Positions 13,391 to 26,362 of a stretch of DNA of 64,000 bases are shown in pieces. Origin of the DNA: Hemiscyllium ocellatum (taxonomy: Eukaryota); NCBI RefSeq assembly GCF_020745735.1, contig NC_083403.1, positions 125,072,526 through 125,136,525 on the forward strand, written 5' to 3'. Position numbers and translations under genes: made by a program. How positions within the stretch are numbered: position 1 is the stretch's first letter; each line of letters opens with the position of its first letter. The notes beneath the pieces are model-generated. The model was given only the letters and a program-made list of their open reading frames with translations. It searched no databases and had not been told where the DNA came from.

Positions 13391-13976
13391 TAGGTTGGCC
13401 AGTGCAAAGACAGTATAAACCTAATAGCTACCTTTAACAGCTCCATAATAATTGCCCAATCTGGATGCTCAGCAACATCCACTTTTTTCTCCATTGATTG
13501 GAGTGAAATATTTTGCTGATCGTGCTGTGTGGCTGTTCAAATAAATGATTAGAAAAATCCCGTCACTTTCATTCTTTTGATTGGAAAGTGTCAAGATGTA
13601 ATTTTCGATGTTACTGTCTGGGCAGTAACTTAGTAGGACAGAGCACTAGCTGTTGTAGAACAGGAATAAATAGATTAGCACACAGGGAAGAAGTTGAAAA
13701 TGACCCTAGGGTCTGAAGTGCTGGGAATCTACAATTGTGTCAGGATGCAAAGGAAGTAAGTATTAGGGCCCTGCATATCATTTTTAGCTTTTAAAAATAC
13801 ACCGTTCAATGTTGTGAATCATATCAGCTGAACATAACATTCTTTGCTTATTACTTCATTACAGTGAAAACAGCACATGTCTCATCTACATATGCAAATA
13901 AAAAGGCATCGCATGAGCAATATAGTTTCACGAGAGGTTGGTGCCATGTTGCAGTGCGCATTAAATAAAGGATTGA

Positions 13977-13982
13977 TTTATT
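13977..13982 (-). terminator. Candidate CMPK2 polyadenylation signal AATAAA
   Basis: AATAAA (overlapping ATTAAA) on the minus strand about 40 nt after the stop codon. Usage not demonstrated. Confidence 0.45.
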
Positions 13983-14021
13983 TAATGTGTTTCAGCAGTT
14001 GGATTTCACCAATGTATGAAG

Positions 14022-14151
14022 TCAAGTTTGTTCAATGCCACAATATCTCTTAATTACATGAAGAGTATTCTTGAAGACTACGTCCTTCGAAGGACTGGCA
14101 TCAACCACAACACACGCCGGATTCTCCATTCTTCTGTAAGTTGCTTCCACC
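14022..14151 (-). CDS. CMPK2: CMPK2 last coding exon with stop
   Basis: VEATYRRMENPACVVVDASPSKDVVFKNTLHVIKRYCGIEQT*. The spliced CDS totals 1299 nt (432 aa + stop) with no frame break. Confidence 0.94.
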
Positions 14152-14359
14152 CTATTGTACAAGAGATTATAAATGTGGTTAAAAAAAAAGGTTCTTGGTA
14201 TAAGCCACACAGTTTGTTTTAAGAGCTACATTTCTGTGACAAGTCAATAACCAGAAATGCTAGCCTTTGTTTCTTCTTCCGTACTTCGAGTTAGTATCTA
14301 AGTGACTACAGCATGTGACACCTACTGAGTCTCAATAAAGATTATTGGGGCTCTGAGGA

Positions 14360-15065
14360 TCAGAGAGTCAGAGATGTACAGCATGGAAACAGACCTTTCA
14401 GTCCAACTCGTCCATGCCAACCAGATACCCTAACTAAATTAATCTTGCCCCATTTGCCAACACTTGGCTCATATCCCTCTAAACCCCTCCTATTCATTTA
14501 CCCATCCAGATGCTTTTTAAATGCTGTAATTGTACCAGCCTCCACCACTTCCTCTGGCAACTCAATTCCATATATGTACCATTCTTTATGTGAAAATGTT
14601 CCCCCTTAGGTCCCTTTTAAATTTAATTCTGGACTCCCCCAACCCAGGGAAAAGACTTTGTCTATTTACCCCATTCATGCACGTCATGATTTTAAAAACC
14701 CCTGTAAAGTCACCCCTCAGCCTCCAACGCTCCAGGGAAAACAGCCCCAGTCTGTTCAACCTCTCCCTATAGATCAAACCCTCCAACCCTGGCAACATCC
14801 TTGTAAATCTTTTCTTGACTCTTTCAATTTTCACATCATTCTTCCTGTAGGAGGGACACCACAATTACACACTATATTCCAAAAATGGCTTAACCAATGT
14901 CCTGTACAGCCGCAACATGACCTCCCAACTCCAATACTCAATGCTCTGGCCAATAAAGGAAAACAAACCAAAGCTTCTTCACTATCCTATCTACCCGAGA
15001 CCCCACTCTCAAGGAACTATAAACCTGCACTCTAAGGTGTCTTTAGCCAGCAACGCTCCCCAGTG
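14360..15065 (-). mobile_element. CR1 3' fragment in CMPK2 intron 4
   Basis: RFTRMLPGLEGL..RERLNRLGLFSLE. Confidence 0.88.
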
Positions 15066-15975
15066 TTTAGCGCAGACCAGGTATGCAGAGTGCATCTTGC
15101 TGAAAGGCATTGTATTTTTAATAAATCATTAGAGACTAAATTATTTGGCATAGGCGCAATGAACTGCTTCCTTCTCTGCTGTATAATTTTATGATTAGCT
15201 AGTCCATAATTTTCAATGTGAACTGTTCCTTTGTACATACAATCTCCTATGGCACTGCTTACAGATGCCTGAAATCCAGTTTTTCATTTTGTCCAGGAGA
15301 ATAGATACAATTTCCCACTGATATCCAGCTGCTACTGTTGGAGTTGAGGGTCCAGCACCAATCCATCGTTTCAGGTTTTCCCATGCTGAGTTACTAGTCT
15401 ACCCGATTGTAGAAACATTTCAATGAGGAAGCAAGCACACCAAAACGGATCTCCTTTCTCTGATCATTATTCTAAAAGGCTTTCTTTATACTAAATTAAT
15501 ATCCAGCTTTTTGGTTGACTTCATTGAGGCTAGTCAATAAATGGAATAAGTGCTGTCAATTTAGACAGAAATATCCGTCAAAATATGTGTCAGTATATCT
15601 AATCTCTAAAATGTTATAACTATTACAACAAATATTTAACTTAACAATGTCCTAACACTGTACAAAACTGGAAGATAAACAGGAACTAAAGGAACTGGAG
15701 CAGGGAGAGAGTCAGAGAAGCAGAAGATGCAAACTTCTGGATAAAAAAATATGCAAGTGTTCAAAAACGAGAACACAAATCATGAAATACTGGAACTTCT
15801 TGTTGATCACTGATGAATTAAAACCCAAAGAGCAATTAAGTTTCTTATGGGGAAAAGTGATGGGTTTTAGGGAGGGATGTGAACAACCAGATGAAGCACT
15901 TAACTTTCAAGAAAATAAGTTAGAAGATGCTTCCCTGCCTCCTTATTCCTTATTTTCAAGTGAAAACTATCTTAC

Positions 15976-16209
15976 TTTTGTCGAAATATACTGTTTGCTT
16001 CCAGCTCGATTTCTTCCCTTGTTCTCATCTCTCCTCTTTGTTCTAGACGACGGACTCTCTCCTCTGCATCAACTGTGAGCAACAGCACCAAATCCGGTCG
16101 AATTAGATCCTGGGGCCACTGGTATAATTCATGATGTGGTGGTGGCAGGTTCTCTAGTTTTCCACTGACTTCTGTTGCGATAGCATAGGCTGCAGTGCTA
16201 TGCCAGAAT
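15976..16209 (-). CDS. CMPK2: CMPK2 coding exon 4 (234 nt)
   Basis: FWHSTAAYAIATEVSG...YQWPQDLIRPDLVLLLTV...ELEANSIFRQK, thymidylate-kinase-like domain. Acceptor ttctag|, donor |GTAAGA. Confidence 0.96.
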
Positions 16210-16872
16210 CTAGAATATAACAAAATGCACTCAAAACCTTATGAAGACATACAGAATGTATAAACAGTGAATTAGGCTGTGATACCTCATGGAAACAAAA
16301 CAAAAGTTTATGAATATCTAAACATACCAAAACCAGTCTTGTTTCTCAAATCAAAATTCTAAAAGGCTTACTTGTTGTCTTTCTCGAGGTTAGTCAGTAA
16401 AGGGAATAACTGCTGCCAATGTACACACAAAAAACGTAGGTTTCCACAGTAATATGGATTCCGTGGAGTCTGGGTAGCTCAGTTGGCTGCTTGGCTGATT
16501 TGGTGCCAACAGCACATGTTTGGTTCTCAATTTGGTTGGGGATAGATTCAGCACCTACCTCATTGAGCAAACTCAAGTTGAATCTTTGATGCTGTGAGTT
16601 GGATCCAAATATTGGGCAGGGAACTGAAGAAGGATTCTTTAATTTCAGGGTCACTTATAATTACAGAGATAAGCAGAAGTGTGAGCACAATTCCCTGGGG
16701 GAACCATTAGTCACAGTCTGCTAGTTTGAGTCTGTGTACCCACTATATTGTTTTCAATCTCCCACCTGTTAATCAATTCATTTACATAGGTCAACAGGTT
16801 GTTTCCAATCCCACTTACTTGCAATTTTGTTAAACCTCTTAAGTGGAACCGTATTGATTTTTTTTCTAAAAG

Positions 16873-17354
16873 TGAGAATGTTGGCATCTGGGAGCTAGGA
16901 CAAATGGCTGAAGAAGCTGTACAAAATGGCTTCTGCATTGTTAAACTGCACTGAACCATACAGAAATAAGAAACCGCAGACTGATGTAGATCCGATTAAT
17001 TGCAGAAGTAACGGCTTAACCCTAACCACTTGGCAGGACAAATACAATTTGTTTACAAGAAATCATGGTAGGCTAAGGTAAAAATGCATGAGGGCCTCGT
17101 GCAATTTGATTGATTGTTACTATGCGATCATGCTCCATGTCTAACTATGAAAGGTGTATATAAACCCTCAGCAAACTCTGCAAGTTGTCGGATTCTTTTG
17201 GTGGTCTAGGAGTACTCATACTTCTGAACTGATCAGAGTCTACCAACCCGGCTATATCAAAGAATAAATGATTGCTCATATGATTGACAGAGTCATTTGC
17301 AGGTGTATTTATTGACCTATCGCAGAAGAGAGACCCCCAGGGTCCAGATCTTCA
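16873..17354 (+). mobile_element. Probable solo LTR
   Basis: TG...CA ends, TATATAAA about 17157, AATAAA about 17263, imperfect 4-bp TSD aaag/aaat. Interrupts an old CR1 remnant. Confidence 0.5.
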
Positions 17355-17624
17355 AAATCACACATCAGTAACATCCACAAATACTCACTTCACCTCCAAG
17401 TTACTTAGATCAGAAACTTCCATTAGAATCATTCGAGATGACTGATCATTCATGCTGACTTCCTCTGATCAGTTCATGTTTATCTGTCATTCAGTCCTCC
17501 TTGTAATACACTTCTGAAACTTCCCTACAACAGATGTTAGATTAACGGAATAAACCGGTTACAACAGAGAATGAGGGCATTGAGCCCATCAAGTCCATGC
17601 TAACTTGCTGCAAATGAAATAGGT

Positions 17625-20600
17625 AACCACACTCTCTCAGCAGAGCAGGTAAGGGCTGTTTGGCAGTGGCTGTTTGAAGGCTCGGCGACGTTTGTTAAAC
17701 GGTTTAAATTTGAATTTTTTTTTTAAAAAGCGCGGAGCGGACCCGGAAGGTGGTGTAGCGCAAGCCTACCTGGGTAAGTTGTTTTCCTATAAAGGCACGC
17801 AGGAGAGGAACCCGAGGCACTACAGAGGTAGAGCCTCCCACCCGCCCTCCTCCTCTCACCTAATAATAAGACCCGTTGTGGTAAGAAGGTAAGTGCTGCA
17901 TTTTGCTTTTCTAGTTTTTTATAGGTTACTTTTAGAGGGATGGCAGTGAAGGCAGTGCAATGTTCCTCTTGCAACATGTTTGAGGTGAGGGATGCCATGG
18001 TCGTCCCTGCTGATTACACTTGCAGGAAGTGCACCCATCTCCAGCTCCTCCAAGACCGTGTTAGGGAACTGGAGCTGGAGTTGGATGAACTTAGGATCGT
18101 TCGGGAGGCAGAGGGGGTCATAGATCAGAGCTTTAGGGAAGTAGTAACTCCAAAGATTGCAGACAGATGGGTCACAGTGAGGGGGACTGGGAGGAAGCAG
18201 CCAGTGCAGAGACCCCCTGCGGCCGTTCAACTCAAGAACAAGTATACCGTTTTGGATACTTGTAGGGGGGACGACTTACCAGGGGTAAGCAATGGGGTTC
18301 AGGCCTCTGGCACGGAGCCTGTCCCCGTTGCTCAGAAGGGAAGGGTGGAGAAGAGCAGAGCAATAGTTATTGGAGACTCGAAATTTCGGGGCACAGATAG
18401 GCAGTTTTGTGGGGGCAAGAGAGACTCATGTTTGGTATGTTGCCTCCCAGGTGCAAGGGTTTGTGATGTCTCTGATCGTATTTTCCGGGTCCTTAAGGGG
18501 GAGGGGGAGCAGCCCGAAGTCATGGTCCACGTTGGCACCAACGACATAGGTAGGAAGAGGGATAAGGATGTTAGGCAGGCTCTCAGGGAGCTAGGTTGGA
18601 AGCTCAGAGTTAGAACAAACAGAGTTGTTGTCTCTGGTTTGTTACCCGTGCCACGTGATAGAGAGTCGGGGAATAGGGAGAGAGAGCAGTTAAATGCGTG
18701 GCTACAGGGATGGTGCAGGAGGGAGGGATTCCAGTTTCTGGATAACTGGGGTTCTTTCTGAGGAAGGTGGGTCCTCTATAAACAGGATGGTGTACACCTG
18801 AACCTGAGGGGTACCAGTATCCTTGGGGGGAGGTTTGCTCATGCTCTATTGGGGGGTTTAAATTAATTCTGCAGGGGCATGAGAACCTAGACTGTAGCTT
18901 TAGGGTGCAGGACCTGGAGTGTAGGGAGGTTAGGAACATGGCATCAATCTCGAAGGAGGGTGCCTGTAAACAGGAAGGTGGCTTGAAGTGTGTATACTTC
19001 AATGCGAGAAGTACGCGAAATAAGGAATTTGCAGCGTGGGTTGGTACTTGGGAGTTCGATGTTGTGGCTATTACGGAGACATGGGTGGACCAGGGACAGG
19101 ATTGGTTGTTGTAGGTTCCAGGGTTTAAATGTTTTAGTAGGGTCAGAGGTGGGGGTAAAAGAGGGGGAGGTGTGGCATTGCTTGTCAAAGATAGTATAAC
19201 AGCAATGGAAAGGAAGATGGATGAAGACTCGCCATCTGAGGTAGTTTTGGCTGAGCTTAGAAATAGGAAAGGTGAGGTCACCCTGTTAGGAGTTTTCTAC
19301 AGGCCTCCTAATAGTCCTAGAGACGTAGAAGAAAGTAATAGGGTGGTTGTTATGGGGGTCTTTAACTTTCCAGACATTGACTGGGAAAGCTATAACTCGA
19401 GTACGTTAGATGGGTCGGTGTTTGTCCAATGTGTGCAGGAGGGTTTCCTGACACAATATGTAGACAGGCCAACAAGAGCTGAGGCCATACTGGATTTGGT
19501 TCTGGGTAACGAACCAGGCCAGGTGTTAGAATTGGAGGTAGTGAGCACTTTGGGGACAGTGACCACAATTTGGTGACTTTTACTCAGTAATGGAGAGGGA
19601 TAAGTGTGCACTACAGGGCAAGATTTATAGCTGGGGGCAGGGAAATTATGATGCGGTGAGGCATGACTTAGGATGCGTGGCTTGGAAAAGTAGGCTTCAA
19701 GGAAAGGGTGCAATCGATATGTGGAGCTTGTTCAAGGAGCAACAACTGAGTGTCCTTGATAAGTATGTACCTGTCAGGCAGGGAGGAAAGCGTCGTGTGA
19801 GGGAGCCGTGGTTTAATAAGGAATTGGAATCCCTTGTGAAAGGGAAGAGGGCAGCCTATGTAAAGATGAGGCATGAAGGTTCAATTGGGACGATTGAGAG
19901 TTATAAGGTAGCCAGGAAGGATCTAAAGAGAGAGCTAAGAGCAGCAAGGAGGGGACATGAAAAGTCCTTGGTTGGTAGGATTAGGTAAAACCCAAAGGCT
20001 TTCTATAGGTATGTCAGGAATAAAAGGATGACGAGGGTAGGAATAGGTCCAGTCAAAGATAGTCGTGGGAAGTTGCGTGTGGAGGCTGAAGAAATTGGGG
20101 AGACACTGAATGAATACTTTTCGTCAGTATTCACTCAGGAACAGGACATTGTTGCCGATGTATATATTGAGTCACAATTAATTAGAATGGATGGCTTTGA
20201 GATATATAGGGAAGAGGAGGTGGAAATTCTGGAAAGGGTGAATGTAAATAAGTCCCCTGGGCCTGATAGCATTTATCCTAGCATTCTCTGGGAAGCAAGG
20301 GAGGAGATTGCAGAGCCATTGGCCTTGATTTTTATGTCCTTGTTGTCTACAGGAATAGTGCCAGAAGACTGGAGGATAGCAAATGCGGTTCCCTTGTTCA
20401 AGAAGGGGAGTAGGGATAACTCTAGTAACTTTAGGCCGGTGAGTCTTACGTCTGTTGTGGGCAAAGTCTTAGAGAGAATTGTAAGGGATAGGATTTATGA
20501 ACATCTGGATAGGAATAATGTGATCAAGGATAGTCAGCATGGTTTTGTGAAGGGCAGGACGTGCCTCACAAACCTTATTGAATTCTTTGAGAAGGTGACT

Positions 20601-21795
20601 AAGGAGGTGGACGAGGGTAAAGCAGTAGATGTGGTGTATATGGATTTTAGTAAGGCATTTGATAAGGTTCCCCATGGTAGGCTACTGCAAATATACGGAG
20701 GTATGGCATTGAGGGGGAGTTGGAGGTTTGGATTAGGAATTGGCTGGCTGGAAGAAGACAGAGGGTGATAGTTGATGGTAAAAGGTTCATCTTGGAGTGC
20801 AGTTACCAGCGTTGTTCTGAAAGGATGTGTTTTGGGACCATTGCTGTTTGTCATTTTTATAAATTACCTGGAGGAGGGGCTAGAAGGTTGGGTGAGCAAG
20901 TTTGCAGATGATACGAAAGTCGGTGAAGTTGTTGATAGTGAGGAAGGATGTGGCAGGTTACAGCGAGATATAGATAAGCTGCAGAGCTGGGCAGAAAGGT
21001 GGCAAATGGAGTTCAATGTAGCTAAGTGTGAAGTGATTCACTTTGGTAAGAGTAACAAGAAGATGGAGTACTGGGCTAATGGTCGGATACTTGGTAGTGT
21101 GGATGAGCAGAGGGATCTTGGTGTCCATGTACACAGATCTCTGAAAGTTGCCACCCAGGTAAATAGTGCTGTGAAGACAGCATATGGCGTATTGGCTTTT
21201 ATTGGTAGAGGAACTGAGTTCCGGAGTCCTGAGGTCATGTTGCAGTTGCATAAGACTCTGGTGCGGCCGCATCTGGAGTATTGTGTGCAGTTTTGGTCAC
21301 CATATTATAGGAAGGATGTGGAGGCACTGGAATGGGTGCAAAGGAGGTTTACCAGGATGTTGCCTGGTATGGTAGGAAGATCGTATGAGGAAAGGCTGAG
21401 GCACTTGGGGCTGTTTTCTTTGGAGAAAAGAAGGTTTGGGGTGACTTGATAGAGGTGTACAAGATGATTAGGGGTTTAGATAGGGTTGACCATGAGAACC
21501 TTTTTCCACGTACGGAGTCAGATATTACGAGGGGGCATAGCTTTAAATTAAGGGGTGGTAGGTATAGGACTGATGTTAGGGGTAGATTCTTTACTCAGCG
21601 AGTCGTGAGTTCATGGAATGCCCTGCCAGTAACAGTGGTGGACTCTCCCTCTTTATGGGCATTTAAACGGGCATTGGATAGGCATATGGAGGATAATGGG
21701 CTAGTGTAGGTTAGGTGGGCTTGGATTGGCGCAACATCGAGGGCCGAAGGGCCTGTACTGCACTGTATTTTTCTAAGGTCTATATTCTATGTTCT
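17625..21795 (+). mobile_element. Near full-length CR1 (HER1-like) LINE in CMPK2 intron 3, antisense to the gene, inactivated
   Basis: 5'UTR, ORF1 from 17940, ORF2 APE endonuclease + RT (QHGF, YMDFSKAFDKVPH, FADD) broken by stops and frameshifts, and a (tatgttc)-type tail. Confidence 0.93.
17940..18761 (+). pseudogene. CR1 ORF1p: zinc finger, coiled coil, SGNH/GDSL esterase
   Basis: CSSC...CRKC, heptad LQDRVRELELELDEL, IGDS, HVGTND. The DGVH motif lies just past a premature TGA. Confidence 0.88.
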
Positions 21796-24441
21796 TCCCT
21801 AACTTTGCCCCATAGCCTTGCAATTTTCCTTAACTTTTGAGCACTTGAGCTAACTCCCATCAGAAAGCAATGATTGCATCTACTCCCACCACCCTTTCAT
21901 GCAGTGCAATGCAGATCAACACAACTTGCTGCATAAAACATTCCTCATGTTGCATTTGACTCTTTTGCCTTAAATCACCTTCAATTTCTATTTTCTGATT
22001 CAAGATTCTTATGCCAATAGACACAGTTTGTCTCCAACTGTGCTGTCATAATCCCTTGGTATTTTAAACATTTCTTAATAAAAAACAAGCCAACCATTTA
22101 TTTTCTTAGGTTCCTAAATTATTGAGAAATATTGGCAATTTTCCAAGGCGAGGGCCTAATTCTGGATGAGAGTTCTGGAAGATCACAATTAGAGATCTTT
22201 CAATTTCCTCATTCATTCTTAATATCCTGTAATGGAAGTTATAAAAGCCTTGAGATTTGTCTGTCTTTCATCTCATTGGTTCCTCCATGATCGTGTTTTT
22301 TATATTAATACAGTGATTTTCTCAGCTTGATTTATTTTTACTTTTCCTCATATCTCCTTTTATTTTCATCCTCTATTGTGAAAATTCATACAAAGTACTT
22401 CGCAATTGTGTCCTGTCTTACTTTCAATTAAAGTATTCCCTGTGTGTGTCCTTAAAAGCTCCAGAGAGATCATTTATCCGTTTTCCTATGAAATAGTGTC
22501 ATGGGGGCTTTCATGTCAGTGTTCCAAACATTTCCCACTGTAACCCTATTTCAAGGCCTGAAAATTGTCACAATCCCTCAGAGTAGTGAGAGGGAGCAGA
22601 AGAAGTCATATGAAAGGGAAGGAGGGGGAAATAGGCATTTCTACCTCAGAGCTCATGACTCCAAATGTGCAGCTTAACCTGGGGTTCCCCACTTTGGGAA
22701 ACTCTGGCTTATTTCTTTAGTAGGCAGAATAGCTTTTCAGATAGGTGGGTTTTATACAGTTCCACACAGTATAATATTGGCTTTATCGGAAACCTTTTGT
22801 AAATGGAGCAAAGCCATTTGCACACTGCGCAAGCTTAATGCCAAAATAATGTTCAGCCAAGCTATTCCATGTGATAATGGGTCCCCAATCAGGTCATTGC
22901 TTGCTGTGTATTGCGCTCACTCACAAATAGTTCTAAGGCATTAATTTTTGAAATTCAAGTTACCTTGAAAAGGTAAAAGGTGTCTCAATAACGTAAGCAG
23001 CAGGTGAAACTAGCCATTTCACACTGCTGCTGGGCAGTAACAACAAAAATTATATTTTCCACTAACAAGAACCATCAAGCCAAACAAATGTTCTGCCTAC
23101 CACACAGAAAAGTAAAGTACAATGTGAATTTTGGTGTTTGTGCAACGTCAGCTACATAGGCTGCATGTCCCAATGAATGGCAAATCATCGTAAACAACGT
23201 GTCCTTCAATTCTTCCCAATAGGCAGACTACTGACTGAATTCAAACAGCCTGGACTTACAAAACTCAGAACACAGTATCTAAAATTAGAAGTGGTTCCTT
23301 GGTTGGACAGAACTAAATAAACAACACAGAATGCATCAAACATTACGTTTATGACTAATTTAAGATTATCAGTCAGGTTTGCAATACAGCTCACACTTAG
23401 CAGAAGCTACATACATTGGTATATAGAGATCAGTACTCATAAGGAAATGTTCTTTGAATTGCTCGAGAATTGCTCTTTTTTTGTAATTAAACAAAAGCAT
23501 GGTGGAATGATAGTTGCATTCTTCGTGGCAATGCTTCATCCAATCAGAGTTGCTTTACCAAATAAACTCATGCAATATAAATTCTGGCTTCCTGTGAAAA
23601 TACATCCTTGTGCCTGCACTGATAGAGCAAGGTGAAAAGTAGCAACAACAGAAACATGTTTCTTTTTCAGCAGTGCTCAAATTCTGTATCACCAAGCAAC
23701 TACTTCATCGCAGCTTGCTGAAGCAAGCACATTTCTTGATTGCAGTAATATATTACAGCAGTGATGTTCAAACAGAATGAGGTGTTTGAGTGGTTGTTCT
23801 CTTCTGTGACACAACATTAGGATTTTTGTTACCTTAATTGATGCACCAGCTAAAATGCCAGGGCTAGTTGGCAAAAACGGAATGGTGAGCCCAAGTGTAG
23901 TTAGTCAATATGAAGAGGGGCTGCACTATCCATAACTAAATATGGGAAATTATGCAATTAGTTGCTGCCTCAAGGTTTGTTTTTCAATATGAAAGCAGCT
24001 TTAGGTTTGTGAATTTTAAGTAAAATCCCTTGGTTCCAGTTTACAGTAATTTATCATCCTCATTGATTTCTTAAAGTTGCAGCATTTGTGTATCTGCACT
24101 AATGTTGGAAAAGGGATTTCATTATAAACTGCCTTACTACTTACTACAGCTGTAAAAATACTGTCAGTCAATCGTGCTTCAGAAGTCAAGGAATTTAATA
24201 TTGAAAATTGTACATTCATTAGTTTTTAATTGGAGAAAATATTATTAGACAGTGTTAGTTTTTCACTGGACACAACTGAAAGTTGCATACCAGTTATGCA
24301 TCCATGTCATAAAAGAAAGTTACATGCCACTGATCATTTTTGTCTACCAAAGAAAATCATATAACAACAGACCAAGTGAAGACGCTGTGAATGCTATTCA
24401 CCAATGACTGCTAACCAAGTACTTCTAAAGGCTATACCTAC

Positions 24442-24643
24442 CGATCCACAATTACCGGAGACTTTTCAGATTCTCTTGCTATGATGGAGCCAGTAATGTA
24501 ATTGCCCAATGCATAAAAAGCCCGTCGTATAAGAGGTGGCTTTGCATCAAACGTTTTTCTTAAGTGGCTAATGCAGTCTGGTGGGGATTTTAGAAGCATT
24601 GCTTGGAGGGAGTCTCTTAAAGCTTCAGTCAATGTACTTTTAC
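24442..24643 (-). CDS. CMPK2: CMPK2 coding exon 3 (202 nt)
   Basis: GKSTLTEALRDSLQAMLLKSPP...RRAFYALGNY...SPVIVDR completes the P-loop EGLDATGKS. AG/GT boundaries. Confidence 0.96.
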
Positions 24644-25124
24644 CTATAGATAAATACAAAGCACTATAAATTATGCCGTAATGCATTATATAACAGATCT
24701 TTTTCATTGCTTATTGTTCATGTAAAGTGAACAGGATATGGATAACCAAAGTTTCACAGCAATAAGAAAAGGAAATATTCTATTGAACATTCTACTTGCT
24801 CTTAATATAATGATTAAAAGTTTTCTAGTTAACTACAATGTATAGGTCAGAGGCCCCAAGTCAGATTGTCAATGTGATGTTATAGTTGGTATATGATAGC
24901 TGTCACAACAAGTAGCTGCAGAAAGAAAACAGGTCAGCCTGGGTCCTCACTCCATCTCCTAATCCCAGAAAGGTCATATTTTCTTATCACCCTGTTACAG
25001 AGATGCTGTAACACATGTCTCGAGAGAGTGAGACTTGAATTCAGACCCAATGGCCCGGCAGTAGGGCTGTTCTCACTATACCACAAAAGCCCCCAGAGGA
25101 AGTGGGTGAGGAGTGAATGACATT

Positions 25125-25512
25125 CACTTGTGATGCCCTCTACCTCAGGGCAAGGAGGCCTGGATTCAAGTCCCACCTGTTCCAGAAATATGCAATAATA
25201 TCTCTGAACAGATTGATTAGAAATTAAATATAAAAGTGACTCTTGAGTGAGGTTCCCTAAGAAAATTCAGTATATTTTGAAGAACAGACAAGAAACTTTT
25301 TCTGCACTCACCTGTATATTATGAGGAACTGAATGATCGCAGTGATCTGAAATGAATAACATTTCATCTACAATGTTTTAATGATCTAACCTAAACAAAA
25401 AACATGATAAGGGCTCTATTGTCCCTAACCCTGGACTGGGCAAACCCTGGGTTCAAGTCCCACCTGATCCAGTAGTGTGTAATAACATCTCTGAACAGGT
25501 TGACTTGAAAAT
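25125..25512 (+). repeat. Two copies of a short tRNA-like repeat (also near 35930-36020, 45745-45850, 54305-54385)
   Basis: Shared ggttcaagtcccacctg..ccaga..gtgtgtaataacatctctgaacagg motif with a B-box-like ggttcaa. Confidence 0.6.
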
Positions 25513-25719
25513 AGGTTAAATTTTTTAAAAGCATGATGACTTAATTTACTAATTTGTTATTCTTAAGGAAATTATTTAAATCTATTTTATTGATTTAATC
25601 ACTCCACAACACTGCTAGGATAGTCAAGATCAGTCTGATGAGACTTAAGACTTAAACTTCAGAAGGTTTAGTTACACTACATTAATGGAAGTAGCTCCTT
25701 AAATGGTTGACTGCCTGGT

Positions 25720-25844
25720 GAAGGGCTAATGCTCGAAACGTCGAATTCCCTATTCCTGAGATGCTGCCTGGCCTGCTGTGCTTTGACCAGCAACACATTT
25801 TCAGCTGTGATCTCCAGCATCTGCAGACCTCATTTTTTACTTAC
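25720..25844 (+). mobile_element. Family A monomer, 5'-truncated within the hammerhead core (CMPK2 intron 2)
   Basis: gaagggctaatgctcgaaacgtcgaatt...ctgcagacctc. 12-bp TSD tgactgcctggt at 25708-25719 and 25845-25856. Confidence 0.8.
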
Positions 25845-25869
25845 TGACTGCCTGGTCTGCCCATTGGGT

Positions 25870-26120
25870 GCCTTGGGTGACTGTCTGTGTGGAGTTTGCA
25901 CATTCTCCCCGTGTCTGCGTGGGTTTCACCCGAGTGCTCTCATTTCCTCCCACAGTCTAAAGACGTGCAGGTCAGGTGAATTATCCATGGTAAATTGCCC
26001 GATAGTGTTCAGTGCACTATTCGGAGAGAAAGGGGTCTCGGTGGGTTACTCTTCGGAGGGTCGGTATGGACGTGTTGGGCCAAAGGGCCTGTTTCCACAC
26101 TGTAGGTAATCTAACCTAAT
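25870..26120 (+). mobile_element. HE1-like SINE, head missing
   Basis: Core and tail homologous to 11941-12258. Confidence 0.8.
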
Positions 26121-26247
26121 AGTTTTAGGGATTCTAAGACAATACTAATCAACAAACTGAATCCACAGCATTTATCACAATAAAAATAAATATGTGGTAT
26201 TCCAATATTCCAGTTGAGTAGAACATAAAAATGTTGATGTTTCTTAC

Positions 26248-26362
26248 CTGTTGCATCGAGTCCTTCTATCACAATTACTGGATGTAGGCCCTTTCTAGGA
26301 GTTCTGTCATATTGATCCGCTAATTGCAGAATTTCCTTGGCTTTAGGAATTGTTTCAACACA
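26248..26362 (-). CDS. CMPK2: CMPK2 coding exon 2 (115 nt), start of P-loop
   Basis: CVETIPKAKEILQLADQ...VIVIEGLDATG. Acceptor ccaaag|, donor CAG|GTAAGA. Frame consistent with exons 1 and 3. Confidence 0.95.

Noticed and set aside
18905-21709. Active autonomous LINE ORF2
   Set aside because: Broken into at least six pieces by stops and frameshifts, and ORF1 has a premature stop.
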